DNA of 64,000 nt from Dehalococcoidia bacterium (GCA_963667465.2 CAXXDN010000002.1:1312001-1376000), one strand, 5' to 3'. Counted from the first letter of the stretch, positions 9,677 to 22,268 are shown. Made by a program: numbers and translations. The notes: generated from the sequence alone by a model not told the origin.

Positions 9677-12655
9677 CTGCCGACCGACCGTATCGCCGTC
9701 ACCGGGGCTCGCGAGCACAATCTCAAGAACATCTCCGTCGAGATTCCTCGCGACCGCCTCGTCGTCATCACCGGGCTCAGCGGCTCCGGGAAGTCCTCGC
9801 TCGCCTTCGACACCATCTACGCCGAGGGACAGAGGCGTTATGTAGAGTCCCTGTCCGCCTACGCCCGCCAGTTCCTCGGGCTGATGGAGAAGCCGGACGT
9901 CGACTACATCGACGGTCTCTCGCCCGCGATCTCAATCGACCAGAAGGGCGTCTCGAAGAACCCGCGCTCCACGGTCGCGACCGTGACCGAGATCTACGAC
10001 TACCTGCGGCTGCTCTTCGCCCGTGTCGGCGTCCCCTACTGCCCGCACTGCGGCCAGGTGATCCGCCGCCAGACGATCCAGCAGATCGTCGACGCGGTCC
10101 TCGCCGAGCCCCCCGGCACACGCGCGATGCTGCTCGCCCCGGTCGTGCAGCACCGCCGCGGGCTGCACGAGCAGGTCTTCGAGGCCGTACGCCGCGCCGG
10201 GTTCGTGCGCGTGCGCGTCGACGGCGTCGTGCGCGATGTCGAGGAGCAGTTCGACCTCGAACGCTACGAGTGGCACGACATCGACGTCGTTGTCGACCGC
10301 CTCGTCACGCCCGAGGTCGGCGACGAGGAAGCCGAGGCGACGCGGCAGCGCATCTCGGACTCCGTGGAGCAGGCGCTCAAGCTCGGCGAGGGAGTCCTGC
10401 TGTTCGCGCCGGAGGACCGTCCGGAGGAGACGTTCAGTGAGCACTTCGCCTGTCCGAACACGACGCACCCACCCTACTCGGTGGGCGAGATCGAGCCGCG
10501 CAACTTCTCCTTCAACAGCCCGCACGGCGCCTGCGCCACCTGCACCGGCCTCGGCCTCCGCATGGAACTGGACTCCGACCTCGTCGTGCCCAATCCGAAG
10601 CTGACGATCAACGAGGGCGCGATCCTGCCCTACCAGCGGCTCAGCACGACACTGAGCTGGTATCGCCGCCGCCTCGAGGCGCTCGCGCGCGCCTACGGCT
10701 TCGACCTCGACACGCCGCTCGAGCAGCTGGACGACCGCCAGTGGGCGGCGCTGATGGACGGTGCGGACGGCCGCATTCACGTCTCCTACCGCACGCGCGG
10801 AGGCCGCGACCGCGACTACGCGATCGCCTGGGAGGGCGTGCTTCCCAACCTCGAGCGCCGCTACCGCGAGACCGAGTCCGACTGGGTGCGCAACGACCTC
10901 GAGCGCTACATGGTCGCCGCACCTTGCCCGGACTGCCGCGGCGCGCGGCTCAAGCCGGAGATGCTCGCCGTCTCCGTCGACGGCCGCTCGATCGCCGAGA
11001 CCGTCCGCAACTCGGTCGGCGACGCGCTCGCCTGGGTCGAGCGGCTGCGCGCGGAGGACTCGCCGCTCTCGGCGCGGGAGCGCCAGATCGCGCGCCAGAT
11101 CCTGCAGGAGATCGAGAACCGCCTGGTCTTCCTGCGCGACGTGGGCCTGCAATACCTCACGCTCGACCGCGCCTCGGGGACGCTCTCGGGCGGCGAAGGG
11201 CAGCGCATCCGGCTGGCGACGCAGATCGGATCGGCGCTGATGGGCGTGCTCTACGTCTGCGACGAGCCCTCGGTTGGCCTCCACGCCGTCGACAACCAGC
11301 GGCTGATCCGCACGCTGACGCGGCTGCGTGACCTCGGCAACACCGTGCTCGTCGTCGAGCACGACGAGGCGATGATGCTCGCCGCCGACCACCTGATCGA
11401 CCTCGGCCCCGGCGCCGGCGAGCACGGCGGCGAGGTGGTGGCCGCCGGCACGCCGCAGCAGGTGATGCGCAACCGCAAGTCGATTACCGCGCAGTACCTC
11501 TCCGGCAAGCGCATCATCCCGATGCCGGAGACGCGCCGCGAGGGCAACGGCGAGGCGCTGGTCGTGCGCGGCGCGAGCGCCCACAACCTCAAGGAACTCG
11601 ATGTCGCGTTCCCGCTTGGCACGCTGATCTGCGTGACCGGCGTCTCCGGCTCCGGCAAGTCGACGCTGGTCAACGAGATCCTGGCGAAGCGCCTCGCGCA
11701 CGACCTGCACCGCGCCCGCGAGCGCCCCGGCGCGCACCGCAGCATCGAGGGCCTCGCGCACGTCGACAAGGCGGTCGTGATCGACCAGTCGCCGATCGGA
11801 CGCACGCCGCGATCGAACCCGGCGACCTACACGGGGCTGTTCACGGTGGTGCGCGAGCTGTTCGCGACCGTGCCGGAGTCGCGGGCGCGCGGCTATAAGC
11901 CGGGCCGCTTCTCCTTCAACGTGAAGGGCGGCCGCTGCGAGGCCTGCAAGGGCGACGGCTACAACCAGATCGAGATGCAGTTCCTGCCCGACGTGACCGT
12001 GCCCTGCGAGGTCTGCCAGGGCGACCGCTACAACCGCGAAGCGCTCGAGATCCGCTTCCGCGGCAAGACCATCGCCGAGGTGCTGCGCATGACCGTGACG
12101 GAGGCGCTCGAGTTCTTCGACGCCTTCCCGCGCGCGAAGCGCAAGCTGGAGACGCTCCACGCCGTCGGGCTCGGCTACATCCGGCTCGGCCAGCCGGCAA
12201 CCACGCTCTCCGGGGGCGAGGCGCAGCGCGTCAAGCTCGCCACGGAACTCTCGAGGCGCGCCACCGGCCGCACGGTCTACATCCTCGACGAGCCGACCAC
12301 GGGCCTCTCCTTCGCGGACATCGAGGCGCTGCTCGGCGTGCTGCAGCGGCTGGCCGACCAGGGCAACACCGTGATCGTGATCGAGCACCAGCTGGACGTG
12401 ATCAAGAACGCGGACTGGGTGATCGACCTCGGTCCCGAAGGCGGGGAGCGCGGCGGAGAGCTGCTCGCTGAGGGTCCCCCGGAGCTCGTCGCCACCGTCG
12501 ACGCCTCGGCAACCGGCCGCTTCCTGCGTGCCGCGCTCGCGCAGCACGGCGTGGAGCCCGAGGACCGCGTGGCGCCCTCGGACAACGGCGCGAAGCCGCG
12601 CGCCGCCGCGTCACGCAGGCGCAAGCGCGCGCCGAAGGCTGCGGCGCGGGCGTAG
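9677..12655 (+). CDS. uvrA: Excinuclease ABC subunit A (apparent CTG start)
   Basis: (L)[17 protein letters not shown]...GLSGSGKSS in frame upstream of the ORF-track start; two ABC ATPase modules, zinc fingers, LSGGE. Confidence 0.97.
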   Translation: MPTDRIAVTGAREHNLKNISVEIPRDRLVVITGLSGSGKSSLAFDTIYAEGQRRYVESLSAYARQFLGLMEKPDVDYIDGLSPAISIDQKGVSKNPRSTVATVTEIYDYLRLLFARVGVPYCPHCGQVIRRQTIQQIVDAVLAEPPGTRAMLLAPVVQHRRGLHEQVFEAVRRAGFVRVRVDGVVRDVEEQFDLERYEWHDIDVVVDRLVTPEVGDEEAEATRQRISDSVEQALKLGEGVLLFAPEDRPEETFSEHFACPNTTHPPYSVGEIEPRNFSFNSPHGACATCTGLGLRMELDSDLVVPNPKLTINEGAILPYQRLSTTLSWYRRRLEALARAYGFDLDTPLEQLDDRQWAALMDGADGRIHVSYRTRGGRDRDYAIAWEGVLPNLERRYRETESDWVRNDLERYMVAAPCPDCRGARLKPEMLAVSVDGRSIAETVRNSVGDALAWVERLRAEDSPLSARERQIARQILQEIENRLVFLRDVGLQYLTLDRASGTLSGGEGQRIRLATQIGSALMGVLYVCDEPSVGLHAVDNQRLIRTLTRLRDLGNTVLVVEHDEAMMLAADHLIDLGPGAGEHGGEVVAAGTPQQVMRNRKSITAQYLSGKRIIPMPETRREGNGEALVVRGASAHNLKELDVAFPLGTLICVTGVSGSGKSTLVNEILAKRLAHDLHRARERPGAHRSIEGLAHVDKAVVIDQSPIGRTPRSNPATYTGLFTVVRELFATVPESRARGYKPGRFSFNVKGGRCEACKGDGYNQIEMQFLPDVTVPCEVCQGDRYNREALEIRFRGKTIAEVLRMTVTEALEFFDAFPRAKRKLETLHAVGLGYIRLGQPATTLSGGEAQRVKLATELSRRATGRTVYILDEPTTGLSFADIEALLGVLQRLADQGNTVIVIEHQLDVIKNADWVIDLGPEGGERGGELLAEGPPELVATVDASATGRFLRAALAQHGVEPEDRVAPSDNGAKPRAAASRRRKRAPKAAARA

Positions 12656-12677
12656 GGGCCTGCTCACGCCGCGGGCG

Positions 12678-13193
12678 CTACCAGAACTTCCACCAGGGCT
12701 TGCCGCCACTCGCTGCTGCCGGCTCATTCGCCGCCGCCCGCCGGGCGAGCTCGGCGGCGTGCTCGACGGCCTCCTGGCTGGCGCGCGGCACATTCGCGAC
12801 AAGGCGCGGGATCAGCTCGAAGAGCACGTCCATGTCCTCCGGCGTGAGCCGGTCGCGCGCGACCGTGTGCACGAGGGCCGCGCGGTGCATCGCTATCCCG
12901 CCCGGCACACGCTCGAACGCCTTGTTGTAGGCGCTCGCCACGTCCTGCGCTCCCGGGAAGTTGTCCTCGGCGAGGCTCAACCACGAGCGCAGGCGGCTCT
13001 CCGTGAAGTCGGCCAGTGCCTCATCGCCGAGCGCATACTCGGCGAGGATCATCGACTGGGCCTGCTGCTCGCGCGAAGGCTGGTCGAGACCGGCCAACAC
13101 ATCGAAGCGCTGCCGCATCTCGGAGACTCGCGTTGACGCTTCGGTCTCACTGAGCGCGGACCATGTCGCGTCCGCTTGCACCTCATTCGTCAT
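12678..13193 (-). CDS. Hypothetical helical protein with C-terminal KPWWKFW tail
   Basis: 171-aa ORF with a GAGGGG SD. Confidence 0.75.
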   Translation of the reverse strand: MTNEVQADATWSALSETEASTRVSEMRQRFDVLAGLDQPSREQQAQSMILAEYALGDEALADFTESRLRSWLSLAEDNFPGAQDVASAYNKAFERVPGGIAMHRAALVHTVARDRLTPEDMDVLFELIPRLVANVPRASQEAVEHAAELARRAAANEPAAASGGKPWWKFW

Positions 13194-13275
13194 CGCTGTC
13201 CCCTCTCGCGTCTCGCGCGGGTGAAGCGCTGTACGCTGGCACAGGCGCTACCGCCTGCTAATCGAACGGTGTTCC

Positions 13276-13788
13276 ATGACTACCATACGCCTTCAGCCAG
13301 ACGATGCGCGGCTTGCCGCCCTGGCGGTCGTCTACCACCTCGGGCGGCCGGGCTCGGAGTTGGACGCGGCGACACTGCAACCGCACGAGGGCGGGCTGGG
13401 GCCGCTGCAGCCGGTCATCGAGGAGCAACTCGGCCTCGCGGTGACGACGATCGATGTCACGCCCTACCAGCTCTCGCGACTCGGCGAGGCGCTGCACGGC
13501 GCCGTCAACGAGCTCAAGCAGTACGAACTGAGCGAGGGCCGCTCGGTCGTGCCCGGCTTCGCCGCGGCGTTGGCGCGCCTCTTCCCCGACCTCGCGGCCG
13601 AGGAGGGCGGGGCGCTCGATCTCGCCTCGCAGGGGGTGATGCTGCGCCGCCGTCTCGATGCCGCCGTCCGCGAGGCGTCCGCGCAGGTGGAGGCCGCCCG
13701 CGCCGCCGAGGCAGCGCACGCTTCCGCCGAGGCGGCGCCGTCCGGCGAGGGGCGCAGCCTCTGGCGGCGGCTCTTTCGCCGCCGCTGA
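13276..13788 (+). CDS. Hypothetical protein with C-terminal SLWRRLFRRR tail
   Basis: 170-aa ORF with coding-like codon usage. Confidence 0.75.
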   Translation: MTTIRLQPDDARLAALAVVYHLGRPGSELDAATLQPHEGGLGPLQPVIEEQLGLAVTTIDVTPYQLSRLGEALHGAVNELKQYELSEGRSVVPGFAAALARLFPDLAAEEGGALDLASQGVMLRRRLDAAVREASAQVEAARAAEAAHASAEAAPSGEGRSLWRRLFRRR

Positions 13789-13911
13789 CTGCGAGCACGG
13801 GGGTTCGGGCGCGGAAGTCCGGGCACGGGGCGGGCCGCCCTCGCTTGTCCCGATGCCGCCCCGATCCTAGAATCGAGGTAACCGGACCACCGTGAAGGGA
13901 TGCCCTGCGGG

Positions 13912-14187
13912 ATGACCTACTACATCACTCAGCCTTGTATCGATGTCATGGACCAGTCCTGCGTCGATGTCTGCCCGGTCGACTGCATCCACTTCGAGGA
14001 GGGTGAGGACCGGATGCTCTACATCGATCCGGATGAGTGCATCGACTGCGGCGCGTGCGAGCCGGCCTGCCCGGTGAACGCGATCTACGCTGAGGACGAC
14101 CTCCCGGACGACCAGTCCGCCTTCGCGGAGATCAACGTGCTGTGGTACCAGGACGCCTCCGCGGCACGCGAGAGGGTGCCGGCCTAG
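13912..14187 (+). CDS. 7Fe/8Fe-type ferredoxin
   Basis: [25 protein letters not shown]...[12 protein letters not shown]. Confidence 0.95.
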   Translation: MTYYITQPCIDVMDQSCVDVCPVDCIHFEEGEDRMLYIDPDECIDCGACEPACPVNAIYAEDDLPDDQSAFAEINVLWYQDASAARERVPA

Positions 14188-14234
14188 CAGCACTCCGGGC
14201 CCACGGCCCTCGCGGCATACCGCAACCGGCAAGC

Positions 14235-14260
14235 AGAAGCGCCGCTCTCGCGGCGCTTCT
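14235..14260. terminator. Hairpin between convergent genes
   Basis: AGAAGCGCCGC-TCTC-GCGGCGCTTCT, perfect 11-bp stem. Confidence 0.6.
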
Positions 14261-14285
14261 TCATGTCTGCGGGAGCTCCCGGTCG

Positions 14286-15107
14286 CTACCGCACCGGCAT
14301 CGGCGAACCCTCGAGGATCGGGATGTCGTCGTGGGCGAGCCGCTCGGCGCCCTCGCGGAGCGGGTGCGACTCGAGCCGCACGGTGCCGTCGCTCTCGAGG
14401 TGCACCATCAGGACGCGCCCGCCGGTGTGACCGGCGAGTCCGTCCGGCGCGCCGGAGTAGGCGGCGAGCCCATCGCCGGCGGCGACGCGCGTCTGCTGCT
14501 CCCAGTGCCCCAGTGCAAAGTAGTCGTGGTCGAGAACGGAGAAGTGGTCCTCGTAGATGTGGTACGAGCTGTGGTCGGCGGACATCGGGTGCAGGAAGTG
14601 CCCGTGCCCGACGCCGATGTGCCAGTCTGCTTCACCGCGCCGCGGCGCGTCCTCGAACGGGCGGAAGTTCGGGTCGAGCTCGGTGTGGCTGCGGCCCCAG
14701 AGCTCCACGTTGAGATCGCGGAGCATGACGGACTCGCCCTCGGGGGTGCGCATCAGGCGCAGGTTCGGCGCCAGCTCGGTCAGGTCGAGCCGGTCATAGA
14801 CGGAGCCGGGCCCGACGTGGTCGTGGTTGCCGGGCAGCAGGATCACCGGACCGGGCACGCGCGCCAGCTGCTCGCCGGCGAACTGCATCGTGTCCTCCTG
14901 GACGCGGGCGTTGTCGAAGAAGTCGCCCGCGATCACCATGAAGTCCACGCGCTCCGTGATCGACAGGTCGATCACCGCGCGGAAGGTGTCGTGCATCTCC
15001 TGCCGGCGCTCCATCGTGCGTTCGGCCTTACTGTGGTCGTAGGCCCCGAGATGCACATCGGACGTATGCAGGAACTTCAGCTCTTTCCTGCCCTGGTGGT
15101 CACTCAC
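14286..15107 (-). CDS. SbcD/Mre11-like metallophosphoesterase
   Basis: [32 protein letters not shown] motifs. Confidence 0.85.
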   Translation of the reverse strand: MSDHQGRKELKFLHTSDVHLGAYDHSKAERTMERRQEMHDTFRAVIDLSITERVDFMVIAGDFFDNARVQEDTMQFAGEQLARVPGPVILLPGNHDHVGPGSVYDRLDLTELAPNLRLMRTPEGESVMLRDLNVELWGRSHTELDPNFRPFEDAPRRGEADWHIGVGHGHFLHPMSADHSSYHIYEDHFSVLDHDYFALGHWEQQTRVAAGDGLAAYSGAPDGLAGHTGGRVLMVHLESDGTVRLESHPLREGAERLAHDDIPILEGSPMPVR

Positions 15108-16476
15108 TTGGTCCCGCCTCCCGCACTACCGGCCGCAGCGCCTCAATCCGCTCGCGCAGCGCCTCGACGACGCCATCGAGGGGCACACGAATCTGCGACA
15201 TCGTATCGCGTTCCCGGATAGTAACCGCATCGTCGTCCAGCGTCTCGAAATCGACCGTTACGCAGAGCGGCGTGCCGACCTCGTCCTGCCGCCGGTAGCG
15301 GCGGCCGATGGACTGCGAGTCATCGTACTGGGTTCGGAAGTGTGGTCGCAGCAGTTCCCAGACGCGGCGCGCCGTCGGCACCAGCCGCTCGTTGCGCGAG
15401 AGCGGCAGCACCGCCACGGTCGTCGGCGCGACCGCTGGCGCGAGGCGCAGCAGCACGCGCTTCTCACCCCGCTCGTCCACTTCCTCGTCGTAGGCATCGA
15501 CCAGCAGCGTGAGCATGATGCGATCGACGCCAGCCGCCGGCTCCACCACATGCGGCACGATGTGTTCGCCACGCTCCTGATCGAAGTACGTCAGCGACTT
15601 GCCCGAGGCGCTTGCGTGGGCCCCGAGGTCGAAGTCGCCACGGTGCGCGATGCCCTCAAGTTCGCCCCAGCCCCAGGGGTAGAGGTATTCGACGTCCGAG
15701 GTCCCGCGCGAGTAGTGCGAGAGCTCCTCGGCGGTGTGGTCGCGCAGCCTGAGCCGCTCCGGGCGTACACCGAGCGACTCGTACCAGCGCAGCCGCTCCT
15801 GCTTCCAGTACTCGTGCCACTCCATCGATTCTGCCGGGTCGCAGAAGTACTCCATCTCCATCTGCTCGAACTCGAGCATGCGGAAGGTGAAGTGCCCGGT
15901 GGTGATCTCGTTGCGGAAGGACTTGCCGATCTGGGCGATGCCGAAGGGCAGCCGCCGCCGCGTCGACTGCTGCACCAGCTCGAAGTTGACGAACATGCCC
16001 TGCGCCGTCTCCGGCCGCAGGTAGGCAACCGCCGCGTCGTCCTGCACGGGCCCCACGAAGGTGCGAAACAGCAGGTTGAACTGCCGCTCCTCGGTGAAGC
16101 GCCCCACCTCGCCGCAGGACGGGCACGCGTTGTCCGCGATGTGGTCCGCGCGCACGCGGGCGCGGCAGGCGAGACAGTCGACGAGCGGGTCGGCGAAGCT
16201 GTCGACATGGCCGGAGGCCTGCCAGACCTTCGGGTTGGTGATCATCGCCGCCTCGATGCCGACGATGTCGGTGCGCTCCTGGACCATGCTCCGCCACCAC
16301 GAGTCGCGGATGTTGCGCTTCATCTCGACGCCGAGCGGGCCGTAATCGTAGGTGGAGGCGAAGCCGCCGTAGATCTCCGCCGAGGGAAAGACGAAGCCGC
16401 GCCGCTTGGCCAGCGAGATCAGCGTCTCGAGCTCGACCGACGCGGCTGCGGGAGTGTCGAGAGCAGCGTCGGTCAC
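15100..16476 (-). CDS. glyQS: Glycine--tRNA ligase (alpha2 homodimeric type)
   Basis: [47 protein letters not shown]. Confidence 0.97.
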   Translation of the reverse strand: MTDAALDTPAAASVELETLISLAKRRGFVFPSAEIYGGFASTYDYGPLGVEMKRNIRDSWWRSMVQERTDIVGIEAAMITNPKVWQASGHVDSFADPLVDCLACRARVRADHIADNACPSCGEVGRFTEERQFNLLFRTFVGPVQDDAAVAYLRPETAQGMFVNFELVQQSTRRRLPFGIAQIGKSFRNEITTGHFTFRMLEFEQMEMEYFCDPAESMEWHEYWKQERLRWYESLGVRPERLRLRDHTAEELSHYSRGTSDVEYLYPWGWGELEGIAHRGDFDLGAHASASGKSLTYFDQERGEHIVPHVVEPAAGVDRIMLTLLVDAYDEEVDERGEKRVLLRLAPAVAPTTVAVLPLSRNERLVPTARRVWELLRPHFRTQYDDSQSIGRRYRRQDEVGTPLCVTVDFETLDDDAVTIRERDTMSQIRVPLDGVVEALRERIEALRPVVREAGPSE

Positions 16477-16608
16477 GCGGACTCCTCGTTACGTCGTGTG
16501 CTGACAGGCGCCGGTGGACGCGGGCGAGCGTAGCACCGCCCCGCACTGCCCTCAATGACGAGCCGCCTGCCGGAGCGGGGCGGGGTCAACGCAGCGGATC
16601 GGCCGCCG

Positions 16609-16758
16609 TCATGAACGCGCTCGCTTCTCTCGCTTCCTCAGCCGGCGCGCGCGTTCACCGATCAGCCGCTGGATGTTCTTCAGGCTGAAGCCGTGCGTGC
16701 GCATCTCGCGTCTCTTGCGTTGCTTCTGCTCACGTCGCTCACCCTTCGTCTGACTCAC
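16609..16758 (-). CDS. Small, very basic hypothetical protein (49 aa)
   Basis: GTG start with upstream GGGAG; MSQTKGERREQKQRKRREMRTHGFSLKNIQRLIGERARRLRKREKRARS. Confidence 0.6.
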   Translation of the reverse strand: MSQTKGERREQKQRKRREMRTHGFSLKNIQRLIGERARRLRKREKRARS

Positions 16759-16920
16759 GCGCCGCCCGCACTCCCTCGCCAGCCGGCGATCGCGCCACCC
16801 GGAGCGGGCGCAGCCTCGTCCGGCGCTGCGTGCTGCGCCCGCAGCCGGCCGGGCGCGGCAGCGTCGCTGTTCCGCGTCGTCTTCATGAGAAAACCATACG
16901 GCCGGGGCCCTGCCCGGCAA
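16755..16920 (-). pseudogene. Degenerate copy of the vapB promoter and 5' end
   Basis: Minus strand TTGCCGGGC...CGGCCGTATGGTTTTCTCATGAAGACGAC matches 8802-8848; translates MKTTRNSD versus MKTTLNID. Confidence 0.65.
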
Positions 16921-17016
16921 ACCCGCCCGCGGCCGGAACACCCTTGAGCGTCAGCGGGGCCAGGCCTTGCGGCCCGGCCCCGTCCGGTTCGCGTCCGCGC
17001 CGCCGCGCCGGTGCGG

Positions 17017-19092
<2,076 letters not shown>

Positions 19093-19206
19093 GTCGCCCC
19101 CAACTCGTTGCGTACAGAACCCGTCAGCCGGGCATGCTCGCGCACACACGCCGCGCGCGCCACCCTCCGGTATGTTAGCACCACGGTTGATAATGCGCGA
19201 TAGCGC

Positions 19207-19887
19207 CTATGCAATATCAGCCTGCGACGAGCCGTCCGCTTCCCCGCCCGCGAGGGCATCGAGCCGGCTCGCGAGCCGCTGCTGCTGTGCGGCCAGCGTC
19301 AGGTCGCCGCGCGTGCGCTCGATGATGCCGCGCGTCACGTCGGTGGCGCGCCGCAGGTTGGAGGTCATCGCGTCCGGGTAGTCGATCGTCACCAGCAACG
19401 ACTGCATCTCGTCCATCCGCTCGAGCATCGCCTCGCAACGATCGAGGTCCTCGGCGCGCAGCGAGTCCAGCACGTGGCGGCGCAGCTCGCCGATCGCTTC
19501 GGCGATCCCGTGCAGGTAGGAGACGCCGCGCACGCCAAGCGACTGCGGCGTCGGCAGCACGCGGCCGGCGATCAGCGCGAGCGTGATCGCCGCCTCCGCG
19601 TACTCCTTCTGCGCGTCGTGCATGAAGCCCGCGTGGGCGATCTGCGGGAAGCCCCCGGTCGCCGTCGCGGCCTCGGCGAGGGCGGCCCGCGCCTCCTCGA
19701 GGAGTCGCGCAGCGGCATCCGCGTCGCCACGATGGACGGCGCGGATGCAGTTCGCCGAGGAGCGGACTGCGCCGCGGCAGAGCGGCAGCGCAGCCTCCCG
19801 CGCGGCGTTCGTCGCCTCGAGGTCCGCGCGGATGCCCTCGACGGCGTGTGCCAGCTCGGCGCCGAAGCCGGTCCCTTCGTCGGGCAC
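19207..19887 (-). CDS. Translin/TRAX family protein
   Basis: All-helical protein with QKEYAEA and SYLHGIAEAIGELRR motifs typical of archaeal-type translin. Confidence 0.8.
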   Translation of the reverse strand: MPDEGTGFGAELAHAVEGIRADLEATNAAREAALPLCRGAVRSSANCIRAVHRGDADAAARLLEEARAALAEAATATGGFPQIAHAGFMHDAQKEYAEAAITLALIAGRVLPTPQSLGVRGVSYLHGIAEAIGELRRHVLDSLRAEDLDRCEAMLERMDEMQSLLVTIDYPDAMTSNLRRATDVTRGIIERTRGDLTLAAQQQRLASRLDALAGGEADGSSQADIA

Positions 19888-19891
19888 GTGC

Positions 19892-20242
19892 TCAGGCGTC
19901 CTGCGCGGGGCCGGGCAGCTCGCCCTCGCGTGCGGCGTCGATCATCTCGCGCGTCTCGCCGGGCAGCTCCATTCCGTACTCCTCGAAGCGCTGCTCGACC
20001 CAGCGGCCGATCTGGCGCGGGTCACGATACTGGTCCTCGGGACTGGCGCCCGCGCCGGGCGCGCCGTACTCGTCGATCACGTCCTGGTCGGTCTTGAGCC
20101 GGGCGACGGAGGAGATCTGGCGCGCGGTGCGGGCGGAGCCGCAGTGCTCGCACTGCGGCGCCTCGGGGTCGTGGCGCATCGAGCGCACGAAGAGGTTGGT
20201 CAGGCCCTCGCACTCCTCGCAGCGGTACTCGTAGATGGGCAG
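19892..20242 (-). CDS. FmdB-family zinc-ribbon protein (apparent CTG start)
   Basis: (L)PIYEYRCEEC...PQCEHCGS; 4 nt after the upstream paralog's stop. Confidence 0.85.
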   Translation of the reverse strand: MPIYEYRCEECEGLTNLFVRSMRHDPEAPQCEHCGSARTARQISSVARLKTDQDVIDEYGAPGAGASPEDQYRDPRQIGRWVEQRFEEYGMELPGETREMIDAAREGELPGPAQDA

Positions 20243-20246
20243 GCGG

Positions 20247-20651
20247 CTAATCCGGGTTCCCGAGGCTCTTCTTCACCTTGGCCTCCTGCACCTTGTGGCG
20301 GAAGGTGTAGCCGGCGTCGATCCGCTCGACGGGGTCCTCGCCGGCCTCGGCCTGCTCGGCGAGTTCGCGGTAGTTGGAGCCGAGCACCTCGTCGTACTCG
20401 GCGCTGGCCTGGCGGGCCCACTTCGCGAAGCCGCGCTCGTCGCCGCGTTCGAGGGCGGCCTCGTGTTCGGTGAAGTCCACCTCGGAGAGGCGGTCCGCGT
20501 CGGAGCGCACGCGGGCGAACTGGGAGACCAGGCGGGTCAGCCGCGCGCCGCCGCACTCCGGGCACTTCGGCTCGCTCGTCGCCGAGACGGAGCGGAAGAA
20601 GACCTCGACGGTGTCGGCGCAGTCCGCGCAGTCGTACTGGTAGATCGGCAT
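20247..20651 (-). CDS. FmdB-family zinc-ribbon protein
   Basis: MPIYQYDCADC...PKCPECGGARLTRLVS. Confidence 0.88.
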   Translation of the reverse strand: MPIYQYDCADCADTVEVFFRSVSATSEPKCPECGGARLTRLVSQFARVRSDADRLSEVDFTEHEAALERGDERGFAKWARQASAEYDEVLGSNYRELAEQAEAGEDPVERIDAGYTFRHKVQEAKVKKSLGNPD

Positions 20652-20743
20652 GGTGCTCAAAGTGTAGCGGCCCGCGCCGTCCTCGCAACAGCCCGCTGCG
20701 CCTCGGCTATGCGATGATGGGCCCACAGCCTGTGGGGGCAATC

Positions 20744-20974
20744 ATGGTGCTCAGGAGGGTCAGAGCCCGGTTCACCGGCGGCAAGCTCGAGCCGCTGGAG
20801 CCCCTGGGCCTCGAAGAGGGTGCGGAGGTGGCGTTGACCGTCGACGAGCAGGTGCATCCCACCGAGGGGGCGGAAGATGCTGCGCTCGCCCGTGCCATCG
20901 AAGAGGGCCTGACGACCGAGCGTGTCAGCAAGGAAGAGGTCATGTCCATCCTGCGGGATCGGGATGGAGGTTGA
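20744..20974 (+). CDS. Putative antitoxin, DUF104/AF2212-like
   Basis: VRARFTGGKLEPLEPLGLEEGAEVALTV; acidic C-terminus; overlaps the toxin start. Confidence 0.7.
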   Translation: MVLRRVRARFTGGKLEPLEPLGLEEGAEVALTVDEQVHPTEGAEDAALARAIEEGLTTERVSKEEVMSILRDRDGG

Positions 20975-21230
20975 GTTCACGCCCAGCTTCATCCGCGACC
21001 TGAGGCGAGTGCGCGGCACCGAAATTCGCGGCAGGGTCGAGGGGCTCATCGACGATCTGGAATCTGCGCCAAACCTACCTGCAATCTCCGGCGTCGCCCG
21101 AATCAGGGGACCCGGGCGCTACTACCGCGTCCGGATCGGGGATTATCGGCTCGGACTCGTGCTGGACGGTGGCACAGCGGTACTGATCAGATTCCTGCAC
21201 CGGCGAGACATCTACCGGTTCTTTCCGTAG
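20964..21230 (+). CDS. relE: RelE/ParE-family toxin
   Basis: MEVEFTPSFIRDL...YYRVRIGDYRLG...FLHRRDIYRFFP. Confidence 0.9.
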   Translation: MEVEFTPSFIRDLRRVRGTEIRGRVEGLIDDLESAPNLPAISGVARIRGPGRYYRVRIGDYRLGLVLDGGTAVLIRFLHRRDIYRFFP

Positions 21231-21243
21231 CGGTCACCCGACC

Positions 21244-21612
21244 TCACCCCTCCACGGCGCTGCGGATGTGCTGGAACGAGGCGACGGACCCATCGGCGGC
21301 GAGATCGATCGCCACGAGGTCGATGCGCTGATCGGCGGGCAGTTCGGGGTGCTCCATGCCGTAGGCCGCCGCCAGCTCGCGCAGGCGCCGCTGCTTGCGC
21401 GCGCTCAATTGCTCGATGGCGCGTCCCGCCTGGCGCGGACGCCGCAGCTTCACCTCGACGAAGACCAGCGTGCCGCCCTGCAGCGCGACCAGGTCGACCT
21501 CGCCCTCGCGACGGCGCACGTTACGGTCGACCAGCCGGTAGCCGCGCGCGCTGAGATAGTCGGCGGCCAGGCGCTCGCCGGAGCGCCCCAGCCGGTCGGT
21601 CGCCCTCGACAT
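21244..21612 (-). CDS. yraN: YraN family endonuclease-like protein
   Basis: LGRSGERLAADYL...GEVDLVA...LVFVEVK...RIDLVAI. Confidence 0.9.
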   Translation of the reverse strand: MSRATDRLGRSGERLAADYLSARGYRLVDRNVRRREGEVDLVALQGGTLVFVEVKLRRPRQAGRAIEQLSARKQRRLRELAAAYGMEHPELPADQRIDLVAIDLAADGSVASFQHIRSAVEG

Positions 21613-22268
21613 CAGCGCGGGCGGCTCGACAGCACCTCGCGGACCGGGGCGAAGAGCAGGCGGTGCACGCTGGAATGGCCGAGGCGGCGCAGCGCCTCGC
21701 GGTGCTCGGCGGTGGCGTAGCCCTTGTTGCGCGCGAAGCCGTAGCCGGGGAAGCGCCGCTCCAGCTCGTCCATCATGCGGTCGCGCGCGACCTTGGCGAC
21801 GATGCTCGCCGCGGCCACCGAGGGGCAGAGCGCGTCGCCGTCGATCACCGCGTGCTGACGCGTCTCGCACTCGACGACCTCGCGGCCGTCGACGATCAGC
21901 GCGTCCGGTGGCCGCTCGAGCTGCTCGACCGCGCGGCGCATCGCCAGTCGCGTCGCCGCCGTCATGCCGAGCTGGTCGATCACGTGCGAGGAGACGACTC
22001 CGATGCCGTAGTCGCAGTGGCGGCGGATCCGGGCGGCGAGTTCCTCGCGGGCGGCCGCGTCGAGCTGCTTGGAGTCGCGCAGCCGCCGCACCCAGCCGGC
22101 ACGCGAGTAGCGCAGCACCACCGCGCCGGCGACGACGGGCCCCGCTAGCGGACCTCGTCCCACCTCGTCGACACCCGCGACGCGCTCGCAGCCCTCGCGC
22201 CAGAGGGCGTTCTCCACCTGCCACGTGGGCTTCGAGGTGCGGCGCGGTCGTTCGAGTACGGCAACCAC
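21612..22268 (-). CDS. rnhB: Ribonuclease HII
   Basis: [37 protein letters not shown]. Confidence 0.96.
   Translation of the reverse strand: MVAVLERPRRTSKPTWQVENALWREGCERVAGVDEVGRGPLAGPVVAGAVVLRYSRAGWVRRLRDSKQLDAAAREELAARIRRHCDYGIGVVSSHVIDQLGMTAATRLAMRRAVEQLERPPDALIVDGREVVECETRQHAVIDGDALCPSVAAASIVAKVARDRMMDELERRFPGYGFARNKGYATAEHREALRRLGHSSVHRLLFAPVREVLSSRPR

Noticed and set aside
13263-13275. GAAC-GGT-GTTC as a second SOS box
   Set aside because: The spacer is 3 nt rather than the required 4.
16477-16608. T-box riboswitch upstream of glyQS
   Set aside because: No T-box consensus is visible, and the space is too short.
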